A model generated the notes under the pieces. The model made no database searches. It had not been told where the DNA came from and saw only the letters and a program-made list of their open reading frames with translations. Source: Phycisphaeraceae bacterium (GTDB taxonomy: Bacteria > Planctomycetota > Phycisphaerae > Phycisphaerales > Phycisphaeraceae). Taken from it: a DNA stretch of 64,000 bases. The first letter of the stretch is position 1. Every line of letters starts with the position of its first letter. Shown here in pieces: positions 25,966-36,946 of the stretch. A program made the position numbers and the translations under genes. The stretch spans positions 20,109 through 84,108 of the forward strand of contig NYZC01000403.1 of assembly GCA_002686995.1 (NCBI GenBank), written 5' to 3'.

Positions 25966-28900
25966 TCAGGCGATGAGACCGAGGTTCGCGATGAAGCCCT
26001 CGATCGAGCTCACGCCACCCGGGTCGGCGATGACGTCGTCCTCGCTGAAGACCATCATGTCGCCCGTAGGCGAGTTCGTGCCGCCGTCGATGAAGTCGGA
26101 GCGCCGGCCGCCGTCGATCAGGTCGTCGCCGCCGAGACCGAAGATCGAGTCGGAAGCGTTTCCGCCGCGAAGCGCGTCGTTCAGGTTCGTGCCGACGATG
26201 GCCTCGAAGTTCCGGACGCTTTCGATCAGGAAGATGCCGGAAGGCGTGCTTCTCGCCATCTTCGCCGCGAGGTCGACGTAGACGCCGGTCGACGTCAGCA
26301 GGCTGAAGTCGATCGAGTCGCCCCTGCCGCCGCCGCCGGAGATCTTCGTGTTGGTCGTCGTCGGCCCGATGTCGACGATCTGGATGATGTCGTCGCCACC
26401 GCCACCGTCGATCTGGTTGCCGTCCGAGCCTTCGAAGTCGACCATGATCAGGTCGTTGCCCGAGCCGCCCTTGACGCGGTTCTTGTCGCCGTCGATCTCG
26501 ACGTCGATGTCGTCGTTGCCGGAACCGCCGTCGACGATGTTGTTGTCGCCTTCGATGTCGGCGTCGATGTCGTCATCGCCGGAGCCGCCGGCGATGCGAG
26601 ACCTGTCGATGTCGGTGTTGACGTTGATGTCGTCGTCACCACGGCCGCCGTCGACCCGGATGCGCTCGCCGTCACCGACGTTGATCACGTCATCGCCCCG
26701 GTCGCCCTTGGCGATGCTGCGATCGCCCTCAATCGTGAGGACGTCGTTGCCGTCCTTTCCGTTGAGGTTGTCGCGACCGCCGTTACCGTCGACGACGTTG
26801 TCCTGGCTGTCGCCCGTGAACCGGTCGTCACGCGGCGTCAGGATGAAGTCCGTGACACCGCTCACCTCCACCCTCGTACCGTCGGAGAGCGTGAGGCGTC
26901 CGGGTCGGTTCGGGTTCTTGCTCAGCGAGATGACCACGCCCCGGCTGGGACGTCTCGGATCCGCAGGATCGCCCGAGAGGTCCATCGTGCCGCCCGGAAT
27001 GTCGAGCGTGTCTCTGCCGGGACTCGAGTTCACCGTGAGGCCGGTGCCGGCGAGGATGTCGTCGAAAGGCGATCCCGTGACGCCGCCGACAGGACCGTTG
27101 AAGTCGAGCGTGCTGCCGCCCGACACCGGGCCGGGGCCAACGGTGTCGCCATCGAAGGTCACGCCGGACACGGAGTTCGAGAAGTCGACGAGGTTGTTGC
27201 CGCCGCTGTCGTTGATGACGTTGGCGTCCGTCCCGCCCGGCTCGATGATGTGCGTGTCGTCACCGAGGCCGGTGTTGATCGTGTCGCTGCCCGCCGAAGA
27301 CCGGATCGTGTTGTTGCCTTCGCCGGCGCCGATCAGGTTGTTGCCGGACGTGCCGGTGATGTTGTCGTCACCGCTGCCGGTGAAGAGGTTCTCAATCGAA
27401 TTCGGCGCCAGCGTGTTGTTGCCGATCTCGGCACTGTCGAACAGCGTGCCTGCCGCCAGGTCCGCCGTAATGGGCAGGGTGGTGAAGGCGGCGTCGATGT
27501 CGTCCGTGCCGGTGCCCCCGTCGATGTTGTCATCGCCGAGACCGGCCAGGAAGGTGTCGTTGCCGCCACCGCCGTCGAGGTCATCGTTGCCGTCGCCGCC
27601 GATGATGTCGTCGTTGCCGTCGCCGCCGTCGATCACGTCGTCTCCGCCGGCACCGTCGATGTTGTCATTACCGGGGCTGCCGGTCAGCGTGTCATTGCCG
27701 GGCCCGCCGGTGAGCGTGAGCCCGCCGCCTGCACCGGAACCGTCGATGTTGTCATCGCCGGAGCCGCCGATGATGTTCTGAATGTTGGAATGGGTGTAGT
27801 TGAAGGTGGTGCCCGTGGCGGTCGTCGCCGTCACGGTGACCGGATCCGTCTGGTTCGACATGTCGAGCGTGTTGCTGCCGCCGTCGCCGTCGAGCGTGTC
27901 GTTGCCGGTATTGCTGACGAAGAACGTGTTGTCGTTGGCATCGCCGGCAAGATTGTCGTCGCCGCTGCCGCCGGTCAGGTCCTCGAAGTTCGCCAGCTGG
28001 TCGACGCCGGGGCCGGCGCCGAGGCCGCTGCCGATGCCGGGCGCGATGCCGTCGAGATCGACGGTCACGCCGGTGGCATTGGACTCGTAGCTGGCAAGGT
28101 CGGTGCCGCTGCGACCGTCCATCGTGTCGCCGGCGACGTCATGGCCGCCGCCGTCGATCTTGTTGTCGCCGCCGTCACCGCTGAGGATGTCGTCCTGCGG
28201 GCTGCCGAGGATGTCCTCGATGTCCACGATCGCGATCGTCATGCCCGGCACCACCGTGCCCGGCCGGTTCGTGTTGGCCGTGCCCTCCCCCGCGTCCAGG
28301 TCGACCTGGACGCCGGTCGTGAAGCCGCTGTAGTCCACCTGGTCGGCGTCGCTGTCGCCGCCGACGATGCGCTCGATGTTAGTCAGGCCGTTGGCGTCAT
28401 CGGCATGGGTCACGCTGTTGCCGAGGCCGTCCGTCGCCGTGACGCTGTTGATACCGAAGTTGATCGCGGACGTCGCCGCGAAGTTCGTGAAGTCGTCGGC
28501 CGTCAGGCCCAGCAGGTCGAGATCGGCCTGCACGAGGTCCGTCGGAGCGAACAGGCCGAAGCTCATCGTGTCCTCGTCTCCAGCCTGGAACGACTCGGAG
28601 GCCTCGTCGACCACGATGTCGTTGCCGAAGCCGTCGGAGAAGAAGAAGTCGTCTTCGTCGGTGCCGCCCGTCAGGCTGTCGTCGCCGCCTCCGCCGATCA
28701 GCGTGTCCCGGCCGCCGTCGCCATTGAGCGTGTCGTTGCCGTCGGCGCCGAGCAGCAGGTCGGACCCGCCGCCGCCGAGCAGGGTGTCGTTCATGGGACC
28801 GCCGACGAGCGTGTCGGCGCCGAGACCGCCGGTCAGGGTGTAGGGGCCGCCCGTGCCGCCGTACAGAATGTCGGGGAACGCACTGCCGACCACGCCCTCC

Positions 28901-31900
28901 ACGTTCGCGTAGGTGTCGGTGCCGCCGGTGCCGTCCTCGGACGAACCGGCGTCCACGCGGACGCGGACGCCCGTGGGCGCTCCGGCGAAGCTGACCTGGT
29001 CGATGCCGTCACCACCGTCGATCTCGTCGTCACCGTCGTTGCCGCCGCCGCCGCCGAAGCCGCCGCCGGCAACCGTGTCGTTGGCGGCCTCGCCGAGCAG
29101 CGTGTCGTCGCCGAGCCCGCCGTTGATCGACTGGGCCTGGCCGTCGCCGCGAAGCGAGTCGCTGCCGTCACCGCCGATGATGTCACGAATGTTGTCGATG
29201 CCGCCGGATCGCACCAGGTCCACCGTCGTCACACCGATGCCAAGATCGCTGTCGAAGCTGGCGTCGCCGGTGGTCAGGTCGACCTGAACGTCGAACGCAG
29301 TCGTCGAGGGGAAGATGCCGGACGTGATCACGTCGGAGAAGTCGATCGTGTTGATGCCGCCGGCACCGTCGATCGATCCCGTGCCGCGTGCCAGCGGGTT
29401 GAGGATGCCCGACCCGTTGGGATTGTTCCGATGGAGCCACTCGAACACGTCGTTGGCCGTGCCGCCGGTGATGTTCTCGAGGTCGTCGCCGCCATGCGTG
29501 ATGGAGTCGCCGGCCGAGGTCGCGGTGACGCTCGCCATGGTGACCGTGATGGCGCTGTTGATCGCGCTCGGGTTGAACGCTCCGCCGAAATCGGGCGGAA
29601 GCGTCGGCCCGGCGAAGCCGTTGAAGGTCAGGGCGTCCTCGCCTTCGTCCTCGGCCTCTACGATCGTGTTGGCCGCGCCGAAGCCGCCATCGCTGGTCGA
29701 GTCGGTCACGACGTACAGGTCGTCGTCGCCGCCGCCGTTCAGCGTGTCGTTGCCGGCACCGGCCACGAGCGTGTCGTCGCCCTGGCCGCCTTCGAGCGTG
29801 TCACCGTTGGCGCCGACGCCGCGGGCGATCAGCAGATCGTTGCCCTGGTCACCGAAGAGGTTGTCCAGACCGCTGCCGCCGGTGTCGCCGGCGTCGAGCA
29901 CGTCGTCGTCATCGCCGCCGCGAAGGGTGTCGTCGTCATCGTCCGAGCCGCCGTGCAGGCTGTCATCGCCCTGCAGACCCTGGATCGAGTCGTCGCCGAC
30001 GAGACCGCGCAGGATGTTGGCGAACTCGTCACCGGTGATCACGTCGTTGTTCGGCGTGCCGGTTACGTTCTCGATGTTGTGCGGCACGTTGGCCGTCACG
30101 GTCGTGCGGTTGACAGGTGCAATGGTTCCGTCGTGCTGCGTCTGCAGCGTCGGGGTGGTGCTGAGGTCAGCGACCAGCGTGTCGAAGCCGGGACCCCCGC
30201 CCTGGAGGACGCGCGAACTGTCCAGCGTGTCGTCACCGCCGCCGGGCTGCTCGTCGACCGTGTCGATTTCGCCACCCGTCGTGATCGAGTCTGACTGGTA
30301 GGTGTCGTCGCCCGCGCCGCCGACCAGCAGGTCGTCGTCGGTGGCCAGCACGGCGATGCCGTTGCCGTTGAGCGTGTCGTTGCCGTCGAGACCCGTGAGG
30401 GTGTCGTCGCCGGCATTGCCGAGGAGGCTGTCGTCCGCCGTCGAGCCGGTGATGTCATCCGGACCGGGCGTGCCCACGACACCTTCGATGTTCGCGATGC
30501 TGTCGACGCCCTGATGCACGCCGGTGCCGAGGTTGATCACCTGGCCGGTGCTGCCATCGGGATCGACGTTGCGATAGTCGATGCTGTCGACCGTTCCGGC
30601 GGGGCTGCTGCCGCCGTCGAACGAGCCGAGACCGGCGGGCGCCTCGGTGCCGAACGGGATGGGCATGTCGGCGCCGTTGTCCGTGAAGCGGAAGAAGTCC
30701 GTGCCGCTGCCGGTCAGGATCGACTCGATGAAGTCGCCGGCCGCATTAAGGAATTCCGAGCCGTCGGTGACGTTGATGGACGAGAGCGTCACGACCAGGT
30801 CTTCGCTCAGTGCCGACATGTCGAGCACGTCAGCGGTGCCTTCGCCCGTCAACTCGGTGATGACGTCGCCGCCGCCAGCCGAGAAGTTGTTCTGCACGTA
30901 CTCGTACGTGTCGTTACCGGTGTTGCCGATCAGTGTGTCGTCGCCGTCGCGACCGGTGATCGTGTCATCGCCGGCGTTGCCGGTCAGCACGTTGGCGCCG
31001 TTGTCGCCGATGAGGATGTCGGCATCCGCACCGCCGATGGCGTTCTCCATGGTTCTGGTGGTCACGGCGCCCGTGATGGTGCCACCCGTGTCGGCCTGGC
31101 CGGAGCCGGTGAATGCAGCCGCAAAATCTTCGCCGGTGAAATCGACGGTCACGACCGTGCCGACGGCCTGGCCTGCGTAGTTCAGCGTGTCGCCGGCGCC
31201 GGTGTCGGCGCCGCCGGTGATGTCGAGCGGCGAGCTCTGGGTCGGCGTGAACGTATCGTCGCCGGCATTGCCGTCGACCGTGATGCCCGCGTTCGCCGCG
31301 ACGATCTCGATCGGAACCAGGCCGCCGACCGCGACGCGCGTCGTGCCCGGCGCGCCGTCGCTGATGCCGATGGCGTCGTCGCCACCCGTCGCCTCGACGA
31401 CCACGGCGTCGGTGCCGTCACCGGTGTCGAGCGTCAGGGTGGTGACGTTGAACTGCGTGATCTCGAAGTCGACTTCCTCCTCGAAGCCGTTGCCGGGAAC
31501 GCTGTCGGCATCGGTGTCGACATCCAGCGTGGAGGTGCCGGCGCTCGGGTCGGCCGGGGTAAAGACCGCGCTGTCGTCCGAGGACGTCAGGTTCACGACG
31601 ATGTCATCGGCATCGTTGTTGTCGGTATCGCCGCCGTCCAGGAAGAACTCCGTGACATCCGAGGTCGCGTCACCCACGCCGTTGACGGTGACCGTCTCGT
31701 CCGAATCTTCCTGGCCGTTGATCTCGACCTCTTCGATGCCCGTGAGGGCGATCGGACCGCCCACGACGCCCGTGATCTGGTCGGTCGTGAGATCCACGGT
31801 CACGCTGTCGTCCGGATCGAGATTGACCGTGATTCGATCGCTGGCGGTGGGCGGACCGCCGTCGAAGGTGATGCCACCGGTGAAGATCGCGAGATTGGTC

Positions 31901-34900
31901 CCGTCGATGGTGAGCGTGTCGTCCTCGCCGCCTGTCGCGCCGCCACCGAAGTCAAGGTTGTTGATCCCAACGAGCGTCACCTCGTCGCCGTCGAGCGTCA
32001 CGGTCGGGTCAGGTGCGGCGTTCGCGTCGATCGTCCAGTCGTCGTTGTCCGTGTCGTCGCCGACGAACTGCACCTGGTCGGTGCCGCCGTTGCCGTTGAT
32101 GGTCACGTCGTCGTCGAGCTGCGTGCTGTCGACGAGGACCACGTCGTCGCCGGCCGAGCCGTTGAGGGTGTCCTCACCGCCGCCGCCGTTGACGACGATG
32201 CCGGGCGCCAGCGCGAGCGTGTCGTCGCCGGTCGAGCCGATGACCGTTTCCATCACGCCGGTGACGGCGAGCGTGTCGCCGCCGTTGATGTTCTGAACCT
32301 GCCCGGCGGTCTGGCCGACGTCGAAGGTCACGCCCCCGCCGAAGAACTCGAAGCTCAGCGAGTCGTCGCCGCTCGAGTCGTTGATCACGTCGGCCGATCC
32401 CGGCTCCTCGAAGTACTGGTCGTTGCCGTCGCCGCCGTCCATCGAGTCGTCGCCGGCCAGACCCTGAAGCTGGTCGTTGCCGTCGCCGCCGATGAGGTCG
32501 TTGTCCGCGGCACTCCCCAACAGCACGTCGTCCAGCGTGGTGCCCGTGACGTTCTCGACGAGACCGTCGCCGGAAATGCTGTTGGTGACGTCGTTGCCGT
32601 CCGTGACGGTGCCGGCGTCGAGATCGACGGTCACGCCGGCCGTCGGCGTCCCGATACCGGTGTTGGTGGCCAGCGAGAAGTCGAGTGCGTCGTCCGTACC
32701 GCCGCCGCCGTTGACCGTGTTGACACCCCAGGCATCGCCGATGAACCGGAAGGTGTCGTCACCGGCGCTGCCGTTCAGCACGTTCGATTCGTTGTTTGCC
32801 GTGAAGTCGTCGTCGCCGTCGCCGCCGAACAGCTGCTGAATATTGGCGATGCCGCCCGCGGCGCCGCCGTTGACGTTGGTGGCCGAACCGTCGTTCAGGT
32901 TGACCGTCACGTCTGTCGTGAAGTTCGACGTCAGACCGTAGTCGCCGCCGTCGTAGCGCAGCTGGTTCGTGCCGGTGCCGCCGTCAATCGTGCCGTTGAG
33001 GAAGTCGCCGTCTTCGTCGAAGGCGATGATGTCGTTGAAGCTGAAGCCGACCTGCGTGTCGAGAATGATGTTCTCGACGTTGTCGTCGATGTGCTGCACG
33101 ATCGTCGTGGCGTTGGCGCCCGGCGTGCCGGGATCGCTGTCGACGGTGATCGAGCCGAGGATGACCTCGACCGCCTGGCCGATCGTGGACAAGTCGATCG
33201 TGTCGTTGCCCTCGCCCGTGCCTTCGTTGACGTCGTCGGTCGTCGCGGCGTCGGTGATAACGAAGGTGTCGTCGCCCGTGCCGCCGGTCAGGGCGTCGGC
33301 GCCCGCGAGGCCGCTCAGGGTGTCGTTGCCGCCCTGGCCGATGAGCGCGTTGACGCCACCGTCGCCGGTGAGCGTGTCGGCAAAGGCGCTGCCGGTCGCA
33401 TTTTCGAAGAGAATGATGCCGCCCGTGCCGGTGGCCGTCGGCGTCGGGACGACCGAGAGATCCACGGCGACCGCGGAGGCATAGTTGGTGTAGTTGATGG
33501 TATCGCTGCCGGCGTTGCCGGTGATGATTCCAGCGCCGCCGCCGAACACCGCCGCGCCGCTCAGGCTGACCAGGTCGTCGCCGCTGCCCAATCGCATCAC
33601 GAGGAACCCGTCGCCGGTGTGCGTGATCGTGTGAGTGGCGTCAGCGATCGTGAAGCTTGCCGTGATGTCGACCGTCAGGTTGTTGGTCGTCGCGGATAGA
33701 TCCACGACGTCGCCACCGGATCCGGAGATCACGTCGTTGCCGAGCGCCACGCCGGCCGGGTAGAGCAGTGTGTCGGTGCCGGCGCCACCGTTCAGCACGT
33801 CGTCGCCCTCGTTGCCCTGGATCGTGTCGTTGCCCACGCCGCCGGTCAGCGTGTCGGCCTGCGTGCCGCCCTCGAGCACCTCGAAGTTGAGGATCGACGA
33901 GACGATCGCCGTCAGGTCGGCCTTGGCCGCCGCGCCGCCGAGCGTCGCCGAGACGCCCTGCGTCGTGTAGTTGAAGGTCAGCGTATCGGACGTGACATGC
34001 CCGCCGCCGTCGATGACCGTGCCGGCGCCGCCGATCACCACGTTGTCCGCGACGTTGAACTGATCGTCGTCCGCGGTGCCGATGATGACCTCGACGTCGT
34101 TCGCCGCATGGGTGACCGTGTTGCCGCCCTGGGTCACCGTCACGGACGCGAAGTTGGCGGTGATGCCGCCGGCCGTCACGTTCGAGAAGTCCATCGTGTC
34201 GACGTCCGCGCCGACGGCCTCGGACACCGTGTCGGTGCCCCAGGCGTCGAGGAACACGAAGTTGTCGCTGCCGGCGCCGCCGTCCAGCGAGTCGTTGCCG
34301 GTTCCGCCGTCGATCGTGTCGTTGCCGCCCCCGCCAGCGAGCGTCTCGTCGGCCGCGCTGCCGGTCAGGCTGTCTGCACCGTCGCCGCCCGTCACGTTGA
34401 CGAACTCACCGCCGCCGAACGTCGAAAGCGTGATTCCCGCGGCGCTGATCGTGCCGGCGCCCAGGTCCACCGTGGCCGCGGCCGCGACACCGGCGAACGT
34501 CATGATGTTCGCCTGGCCGTTCGCCGCGTCGAGGATGCCGACGCTGTTGACGCCCTGGATGACGCCGCCGCCGCCTTCAGTGATTTCACCGCCGTTCGTA
34601 CCGGCGGCGTAGGTGATCACCACGCCGATGTCGTCCACTTCGAGCGTGTCGGCGCCGCCGCTGCCGATGATGCTGTCGGTGCCTTCGGCCGCGGCAATGT
34701 CATAGATGTCGGCACCGCCGCCGCCGGTGATCGTGTCGTTGCCCCCACCGGGAATGAACGTCTCGGCCGCGGAGGTGCCGACGAAGGTGTCGGCGGCGGC
34801 CGTGCCGATCGCGATGGTGAAGCCGCTGACCGACGTCGGGAAGTTCGGCGTCACGACGCCGGTCGCGAAGTTGACCGTCTCGGGGCCGGCCTCGCCGGAG

Positions 34901-36501
34901 AGGTCGACGGTGTTGGCCTGCGCCGGATTCACGTCCAGATCCGTCGCGCCGTTGATGCCCGTCACGGTGAATACACCGTCGTCCACGGTGTCGGCCGCGG
35001 AGTCGTAGGTCAGGTCGCGCGTGACGCCGGTCATGTTGACGATGTCGCCGGCGCCGGTCGTCAGCACGTCGTCGCCGGGGTTGGCGCCCTGAAAGATCAA
35101 TTCGTCCGCGTCGGCCTCACCGTCGATCGTGTCGGCGCCGTCGCCGCCCTCGATCGTGTCGGCCCCGGCGCCGCCGGCGATCGTGTCGTCGCCGTCACCG
35201 CCGCGGATGTCGTTCGCCGCGGTGCTGCCGGTCAGGTCGTCCGCGTTGGCCGAACCAATGATGTTCTGGAAGTTGTCGGCGTTCTCGGTGTTGCCGTCGC
35301 CGTCGTCGGTAATCTCGTTCGCGGCGGAAAGATCGACCGTGACCGCGGCGGAGCCGTTGGCCAGGCTCAGGGTGTTGGTGCCGGTGCCACCGTCGAGCGT
35401 GTCCGTGCCGTCGCCACCCTCGATCGTGTCGTCGCCACCGCCGCCGACGAGCGACTCGCCCGTGCCGTCGTCGTCGCCGCGGATGTCGTCATCGCCCGAG
35501 CCGCCGGTGATCGTGTCGAAGTTGTCGAGCGTGTCGGCGATCGAGTTGTCTAGGTTGTCGGTCAGGTCCAGGTTGAGGCCGGTGGTGTACGCAGTCGCGT
35601 CCAAGGTGTTGGCGCCGGCACCGCCGTCGAGCGTGCCCGTGCCATTGCCCAGCTCGAGCCCGTTGCCGATCGTCACCGTGTCGTTCGCGCTACCCAGCAG
35701 GACCGACTCGATGGTGTTCGCGGTGTTGGTGATGGTCTGCGCCGTCACGGTGTCCGTGATCACCAGGCCGCCGCCGGTCAGGCCGACGGTCGTCACGTTG
35801 GGCACGGCGGTCCCGGTGTACAGACCGGTGGCGCCGATCGTCGCGCCCTGCAGGTCGACCGTATCGGTCCCGCCGTCGTCGATGATCGTGTCGTTGCCGT
35901 CGCCCGCCTCGTAGAGGAACACGTCGTCGTTCAATCCCGGATCGAACGGCTCCGCGTCGCCGCGCAGCGTGTCGGTGCCGATGTGGCCGCCGAGCACGTC
36001 GTCACCGTCGCCGCCGATGATCGAGTCGTCGCCGACGCCGCCGATGATCGTGTCGTTGCCGTTGCCGCCTTCGATCGTGATGCCGTAGGCCACGCCGTCG
36101 CCGGGCGCAGCGGTGCCGACGTTCACGATGTTCGCGGCGGTGGTGAAGCTGTCGTCGTCGTCACCGAGCTGAACGAGGATCTCGTTGACGTTGTCGAACG
36201 TCGGGCCGGCGCCATTGAGAATGTCGCCCGCTCCGTCCGCGACCGTCACGCGACCGTCCGTGCCGTCACTCGAAAGCGCGACCGCGTTGGCCTCGTTCGC
36301 CTGGTCGATCAGCTCGAGCCGGAACCCGCCGCCGGGCAGCGGCACCAGCGTCGCGTCGAGCAGCACGCGCGGCTCGAGCGCTTCGACGGCGAAATCGCGC
36401 TGCGAAGGCACGAACTCGCTGCGCGTCCTGGCGCGACGGCGCGAACGCTGACGACGGTTGACTTCATGCTTCTGATGCCTCTTTTGGCGCCGCTTGGACA
36501 T
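25966..36501 (-). CDS. Giant RTX-type (haemolysin-type Ca2+-binding GGxGxD repeat) secreted protein/adhesin, 3,511 aa
   Basis: More than 100 GGxGxDx(L/I/F) nonapeptide units, e.g. GGNGNDTIIGGVGDDSIIGGDGDDVLGG. The protein is extremely Gly/Asp/Thr/Asn-rich and I saw no Cys. The N-terminus is highly basic, followed by ALEPRVLLDA. The C-terminus is an RTX block followed by an acidic tail. Confidence 0.9.
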   Translation of the reverse strand: MSKRRQKRHQKHEVNRRQRSRRRARTRSEFVPSQRDFAVEALEPRVLLDATLVPLPGGGFRLELIDQANEANAVALSSDGTDGRVTVADGAGDILNGAGPTFDNVNEILVQLGDDDDSFTTAANIVNVGTAAPGDGVAYGITIEGGNGNDTIIGGVGDDSIIGGDGDDVLGGHIGTDTLRGDAEPFDPGLNDDVFLYEAGDGNDTIIDDGGTDTVDLQGATIGATGLYTGTAVPNVTTVGLTGGGLVITDTVTAQTITNTANTIESVLLGSANDTVTIGNGLELGNGTGTLDGGAGANTLDATAYTTGLNLDLTDNLDNSIADTLDNFDTITGGSGDDDIRGDDDGTGESLVGGGGDDTIEGGDGTDTLDGGTGTNTLSLANGSAAVTVDLSAANEITDDGDGNTENADNFQNIIGSANADDLTGSTAANDIRGGDGDDTIAGGAGADTIEGGDGADTIDGEADADELIFQGANPGDDVLTTGAGDIVNMTGVTRDLTYDSAADTVDDGVFTVTGINGATDLDVNPAQANTVDLSGEAGPETVNFATGVVTPNFPTSVSGFTIAIGTAAADTFVGTSAAETFIPGGGNDTITGGGGADIYDIAAAEGTDSIIGSGGADTLEVDDIGVVITYAAGTNGGEITEGGGGVIQGVNSVGILDAANGQANIMTFAGVAAAATVDLGAGTISAAGITLSTFGGGEFVNVTGGDGADSLTGSAADETLAGGGGNDTIDGGTGNDSLDGGAGSDNFVFLDAWGTDTVSEAVGADVDTMDFSNVTAGGITANFASVTVTQGGNTVTHAANDVEVIIGTADDDQFNVADNVVIGGAGTVIDGGGHVTSDTLTFNYTTQGVSATLGGAAAKADLTAIVSSILNFEVLEGGTQADTLTGGVGNDTIQGNEGDDVLNGGAGTDTLLYPAGVALGNDVISGSGGDVVDLSATTNNLTVDITASFTIADATHTITHTGDGFLVMRLGSGDDLVSLSGAAVFGGGAGIITGNAGSDTINYTNYASAVAVDLSVVPTPTATGTGGIILFENATGSAFADTLTGDGGVNALIGQGGNDTLSGLAGADALTGGTGDDTFVITDAATTDDVNEGTGEGNDTIDLSTIGQAVEVILGSITVDSDPGTPGANATTIVQHIDDNVENIILDTQVGFSFNDIIAFDEDGDFLNGTIDGGTGTNQLRYDGGDYGLTSNFTTDVTVNLNDGSATNVNGGAAGGIANIQQLFGGDGDDDFTANNESNVLNGSAGDDTFRFIGDAWGVNTVNGGGGTDDALDFSLATNTGIGTPTAGVTVDLDAGTVTDGNDVTNSISGDGLVENVTGTTLDDVLLGSAADNDLIGGDGNDQLQGLAGDDSMDGGDGNDQYFEEPGSADVINDSSGDDSLSFEFFGGGVTFDVGQTAGQVQNINGGDTLAVTGVMETVIGSTGDDTLALAPGIVVNGGGGEDTLNGSAGDDVVLVDSTQLDDDVTINGNGGTDQVQFVGDDTDNDDWTIDANAAPDPTVTLDGDEVTLVGINNLDFGGGATGGEDDTLTIDGTNLAIFTGGITFDGGPPTASDRITVNLDPDDSVTVDLTTDQITGVVGGPIALTGIEEVEINGQEDSDETVTVNGVGDATSDVTEFFLDGGDTDNNDADDIVVNLTSSDDSAVFTPADPSAGTSTLDVDTDADSVPGNGFEEEVDFEITQFNVTTLTLDTGDGTDAVVVEATGGDDAIGISDGAPGTTRVAVGGLVPIEIVAANAGITVDGNAGDDTFTPTQSSPLDITGGADTGAGDTLNYAGQAVGTVVTVDFTGEDFAAAFTGSGQADTGGTITGAVTTRTMENAIGGADADILIGDNGANVLTGNAGDDTITGRDGDDTLIGNTGNDTYEYVQNNFSAGGGDVITELTGEGTADVLDMSALSEDLVVTLSSINVTDGSEFLNAAGDFIESILTGSGTDFFRFTDNGADMPIPFGTEAPAGLGSFDGGSSPAGTVDSIDYRNVDPDGSTGQVINLGTGVHQGVDSIANIEGVVGTPGPDDITGSTADDSLLGNAGDDTLTGLDGNDTLNGNGIAVLATDDDLLVGGAGDDTYQSDSITTGGEIDTVDEQPGGGDDTLDSSRVLQGGGPGFDTLVADLSTTPTLQTQHDGTIAPVNRTTVTANVPHNIENVTGTPNNDVITGDEFANILRGLVGDDSIQGLQGDDSLHGGSDDDDDTLRGGDDDDVLDAGDTGGSGLDNLFGDQGNDLLIARGVGANGDTLEGGQGDDTLVAGAGNDTLNGGGDDDLYVVTDSTSDGGFGAANTIVEAEDEGEDALTFNGFAGPTLPPDFGGAFNPSAINSAITVTMASVTATSAGDSITHGGDDLENITGGTANDVFEWLHRNNPNGSGILNPLARGTGSIDGAGGINTIDFSDVITSGIFPSTTAFDVQVDLTTGDASFDSDLGIGVTTVDLVRSGGIDNIRDIIGGDGSDSLRGDGQAQSINGGLGDDTLLGEAANDTVAGGGFGGGGGNDGDDEIDGGDGIDQVSFAGAPTGVRVRVDAGSSEDGTGGTDTYANVEGVVGSAFPDILYGGTGGPYTLTGGLGADTLVGGPMNDTLLGGGGSDLLLGADGNDTLNGDGGRDTLIGGGGDDSLTGGTDEDDFFFSDGFGNDIVVDEASESFQAGDEDTMSFGLFAPTDLVQADLDLLGLTADDFTNFAATSAINFGINSVTATDGLGNSVTHADDANGLTNIERIVGGDSDADQVDYSGFTTGVQVDLDAGEGTANTNRPGTVVPGMTIAIVDIEDILGSPQDDILSGDGGDNKIDGGGHDVAGDTMDGRSGTDLASYESNATGVTVDLDGIAPGIGSGLGAGPGVDQLANFEDLTGGSGDDNLAGDANDNTFFVSNTGNDTLDGDGGSNTLDMSNQTDPVTVTATTATGTTFNYTHSNIQNIIGGSGDDNIDGSGAGGGLTLTGGPGNDTLTGSPGNDNIDGAGGDDVIDGGDGNDDIIGGDGNDDLDGGGGNDTFLAGLGDDNIDGGTGTDDIDAAFTTLPITADLAAGTLFDSAEIGNNTLAPNSIENLFTGSGDDNITGTSGNNLIGAGEGNNTIRSSAGSDTINTGLGDDTHIIEPGGTDANVINDSGGNNLVDFSNSVSGVTFDGDTVGPGPVSGGSTLDFNGPVGGVTGSPFDDILAGTGLTVNSSPGRDTLDIPGGTMDLSGDPADPRRPSRGVVISLSKNPNRPGRLTLSDGTRVEVSGVTDFILTPRDDRFTGDSQDNVVDGNGGRDNLNGKDGNDVLTIEGDRSIAKGDRGDDVINVGDGERIRVDGGRGDDDINVNTDIDRSRIAGGSGDDDIDADIEGDNNIVDGGSGNDDIDVEIDGDKNRVKGGSGNDLIMVDFEGSDGNQIDGGGGDDIIQIVDIGPTTTNTKISGGGGRGDSIDFSLLTSTGVYVDLAAKMARSTPSGIFLIESVRNFEAIVGTNLNDALRGGNASDSIFGLGGDDLIDGGRRSDFIDGGTNSPTGDMMVFSEDDVIADPGGVSSIEGFIANLGLIA

Positions 36502-36946
36502 GGTGGAGTACCCCTAGGAGCACTTGGACTGGGGTCGCGTCGACCCGAGACCTGCATTGCTCTGCGCTGCTCTGCGACTTGGTGTGCGCGAATACAGAAT
36601 ACGAAAGTTCCAAAATGGCCGGATATTCCGTCGCAGGACGGCTTATCGGGACCACACAAGTTCAGACTTTAGATTACTGAGCCAATTTCTCAACTTCAAA
36701 GCGCGGCGCTTCGACGCATCGTCAACGACCGATATTGCGTCGCCGCGTGGTGCTGGCGGTCTCATCGTGCCGCATCGCACCGACAGGATTTCCAGTAACG
36801 ACTCCGATAGCGTCGTTGTTGTCGGTGATGTTCAGGGGGAGCGTCCTTGCGAAGATCTCTGGTTCTATTGTCCCGAAACCGGGACGAGTCCTGATACGTC
36901 CCGATCTGCCCTGGCTCGCGCCAGCTCCGTCGAACCGGCCGGGAGT

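Noticed and set aside
36646-36765. 39-aa minus-strand ORF (MRPPAPRGDAISVVDDASKRRALKLRNWLSNLKSELVWSR) in the SecA-like/RTX intergenic region, as a possible precursor peptide for the RRE/M50 protein.
   Set aside because: There is no ribosome-binding site or recognisable leader/core architecture, and the codon usage is atypical for the window. A single unconserved short ORF is not sufficient evidence. It is kept only as something to test.
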